A stretch of 64,000 bases of DNA from positions 52,998,430 through 53,062,429 of the forward strand of contig NC_068984.1 in NCBI RefSeq assembly GCF_001194135.2. Reading direction: 5' to 3'. The DNA comes from Octopus bimaculoides (taxonomy: Eukaryota). The notes beneath the pieces are model-generated. The model searched no databases and was not told the origin of the DNA. It saw nothing but the letters and a program-made list of their open reading frames with translations. Positions 63,627-64,000 of the stretch are shown here, piece after piece. Positions within the stretch are counted from its first letter, which is position 1. Each line of letters begins with the position of its first letter. The position numbers and the translations under genes were made by a program.

Positions 63627-64000
63627 GGAGATGAACAGTAGAAAATTACCATTTCTAGATATAATGGTAATTAAAAAGAACACCGCCATTACCACAGATA
63701 TATATTACAAACACACAGACACACACCAATACTTGAACTTTAAATCATGCCATCCACCCCATACAAAACGCAACATACCATACTGCCTAGCCAGGAGAAT
63801 ATGTACTATTGTAGAGGATATAGAGACCAGAAATCAACGCCTGATGGAACTGAAAGAATTTCTGGTAAAGCAAAAATACCCATCATGACTCATAGAAAAT
63901 GGTATTCAGCGGGCTTCGAAAATACCCATACAACAACTGAGGACACCGCAAAGAAAAGACAAACAGGAAAAGATCATTCCATTTATAGTAACACAAAATC
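63627..64000 (+). mobile_element. Penelope-like retroelement fragment (RT thumb / C-terminal region)
   Basis: KLPFLDIMV...TDIYYKHTDTHQYLNFKSCHPPHTKRNIPYCLARRICTIV...LKEFLVKQKYP matches the PLE RT signature; in-frame TGA at ~63886 and the frame continues to the window end. Confidence 0.9.

Overview
AT-rich, microsatellite- and transposon-dense animal genomic DNA. The SINE/RTE/MITE repertoire looks like octopus/cephalopod (inference, no search run). The window lies almost entirely inside one minus-strand, multi-exon prominin (PROM1/CD133-like, five-TM) gene. I reconstructed 25 coding exons by hand (62761 down to 1248; 2,511 nt, about 837 codons) with GT-AG boundaries and matching phases. The signal-peptide exon lies beyond the right edge, and the stop exon is uncertain. 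The cytoplasmic tail is unusual: a phase-symmetric 135-nt exon of exactly five 27-nt units encodes SHRGV(S/T)PDK repeats (CDK-type S/T-P-x-K sites), and a later exon encodes a Tyr/Pro-rich segment with a PPxY motif. The introns hold a well-formed type I hammerhead ribozyme inside a ~330-bp long inverted repeat (23403-23729) and a second, degenerate hammerhead next to a probable Penelope remnant. They also hold a CpG-rich promoter-like island with a plus-strand splice donor, plus RTE, HERO-like, Penelope, mariner, hAT/piggyBac/Tc1 MITEs and several tRNA-derived SINE families. Most ORFs in the supplied track are spurious or are exon/TE fragments.
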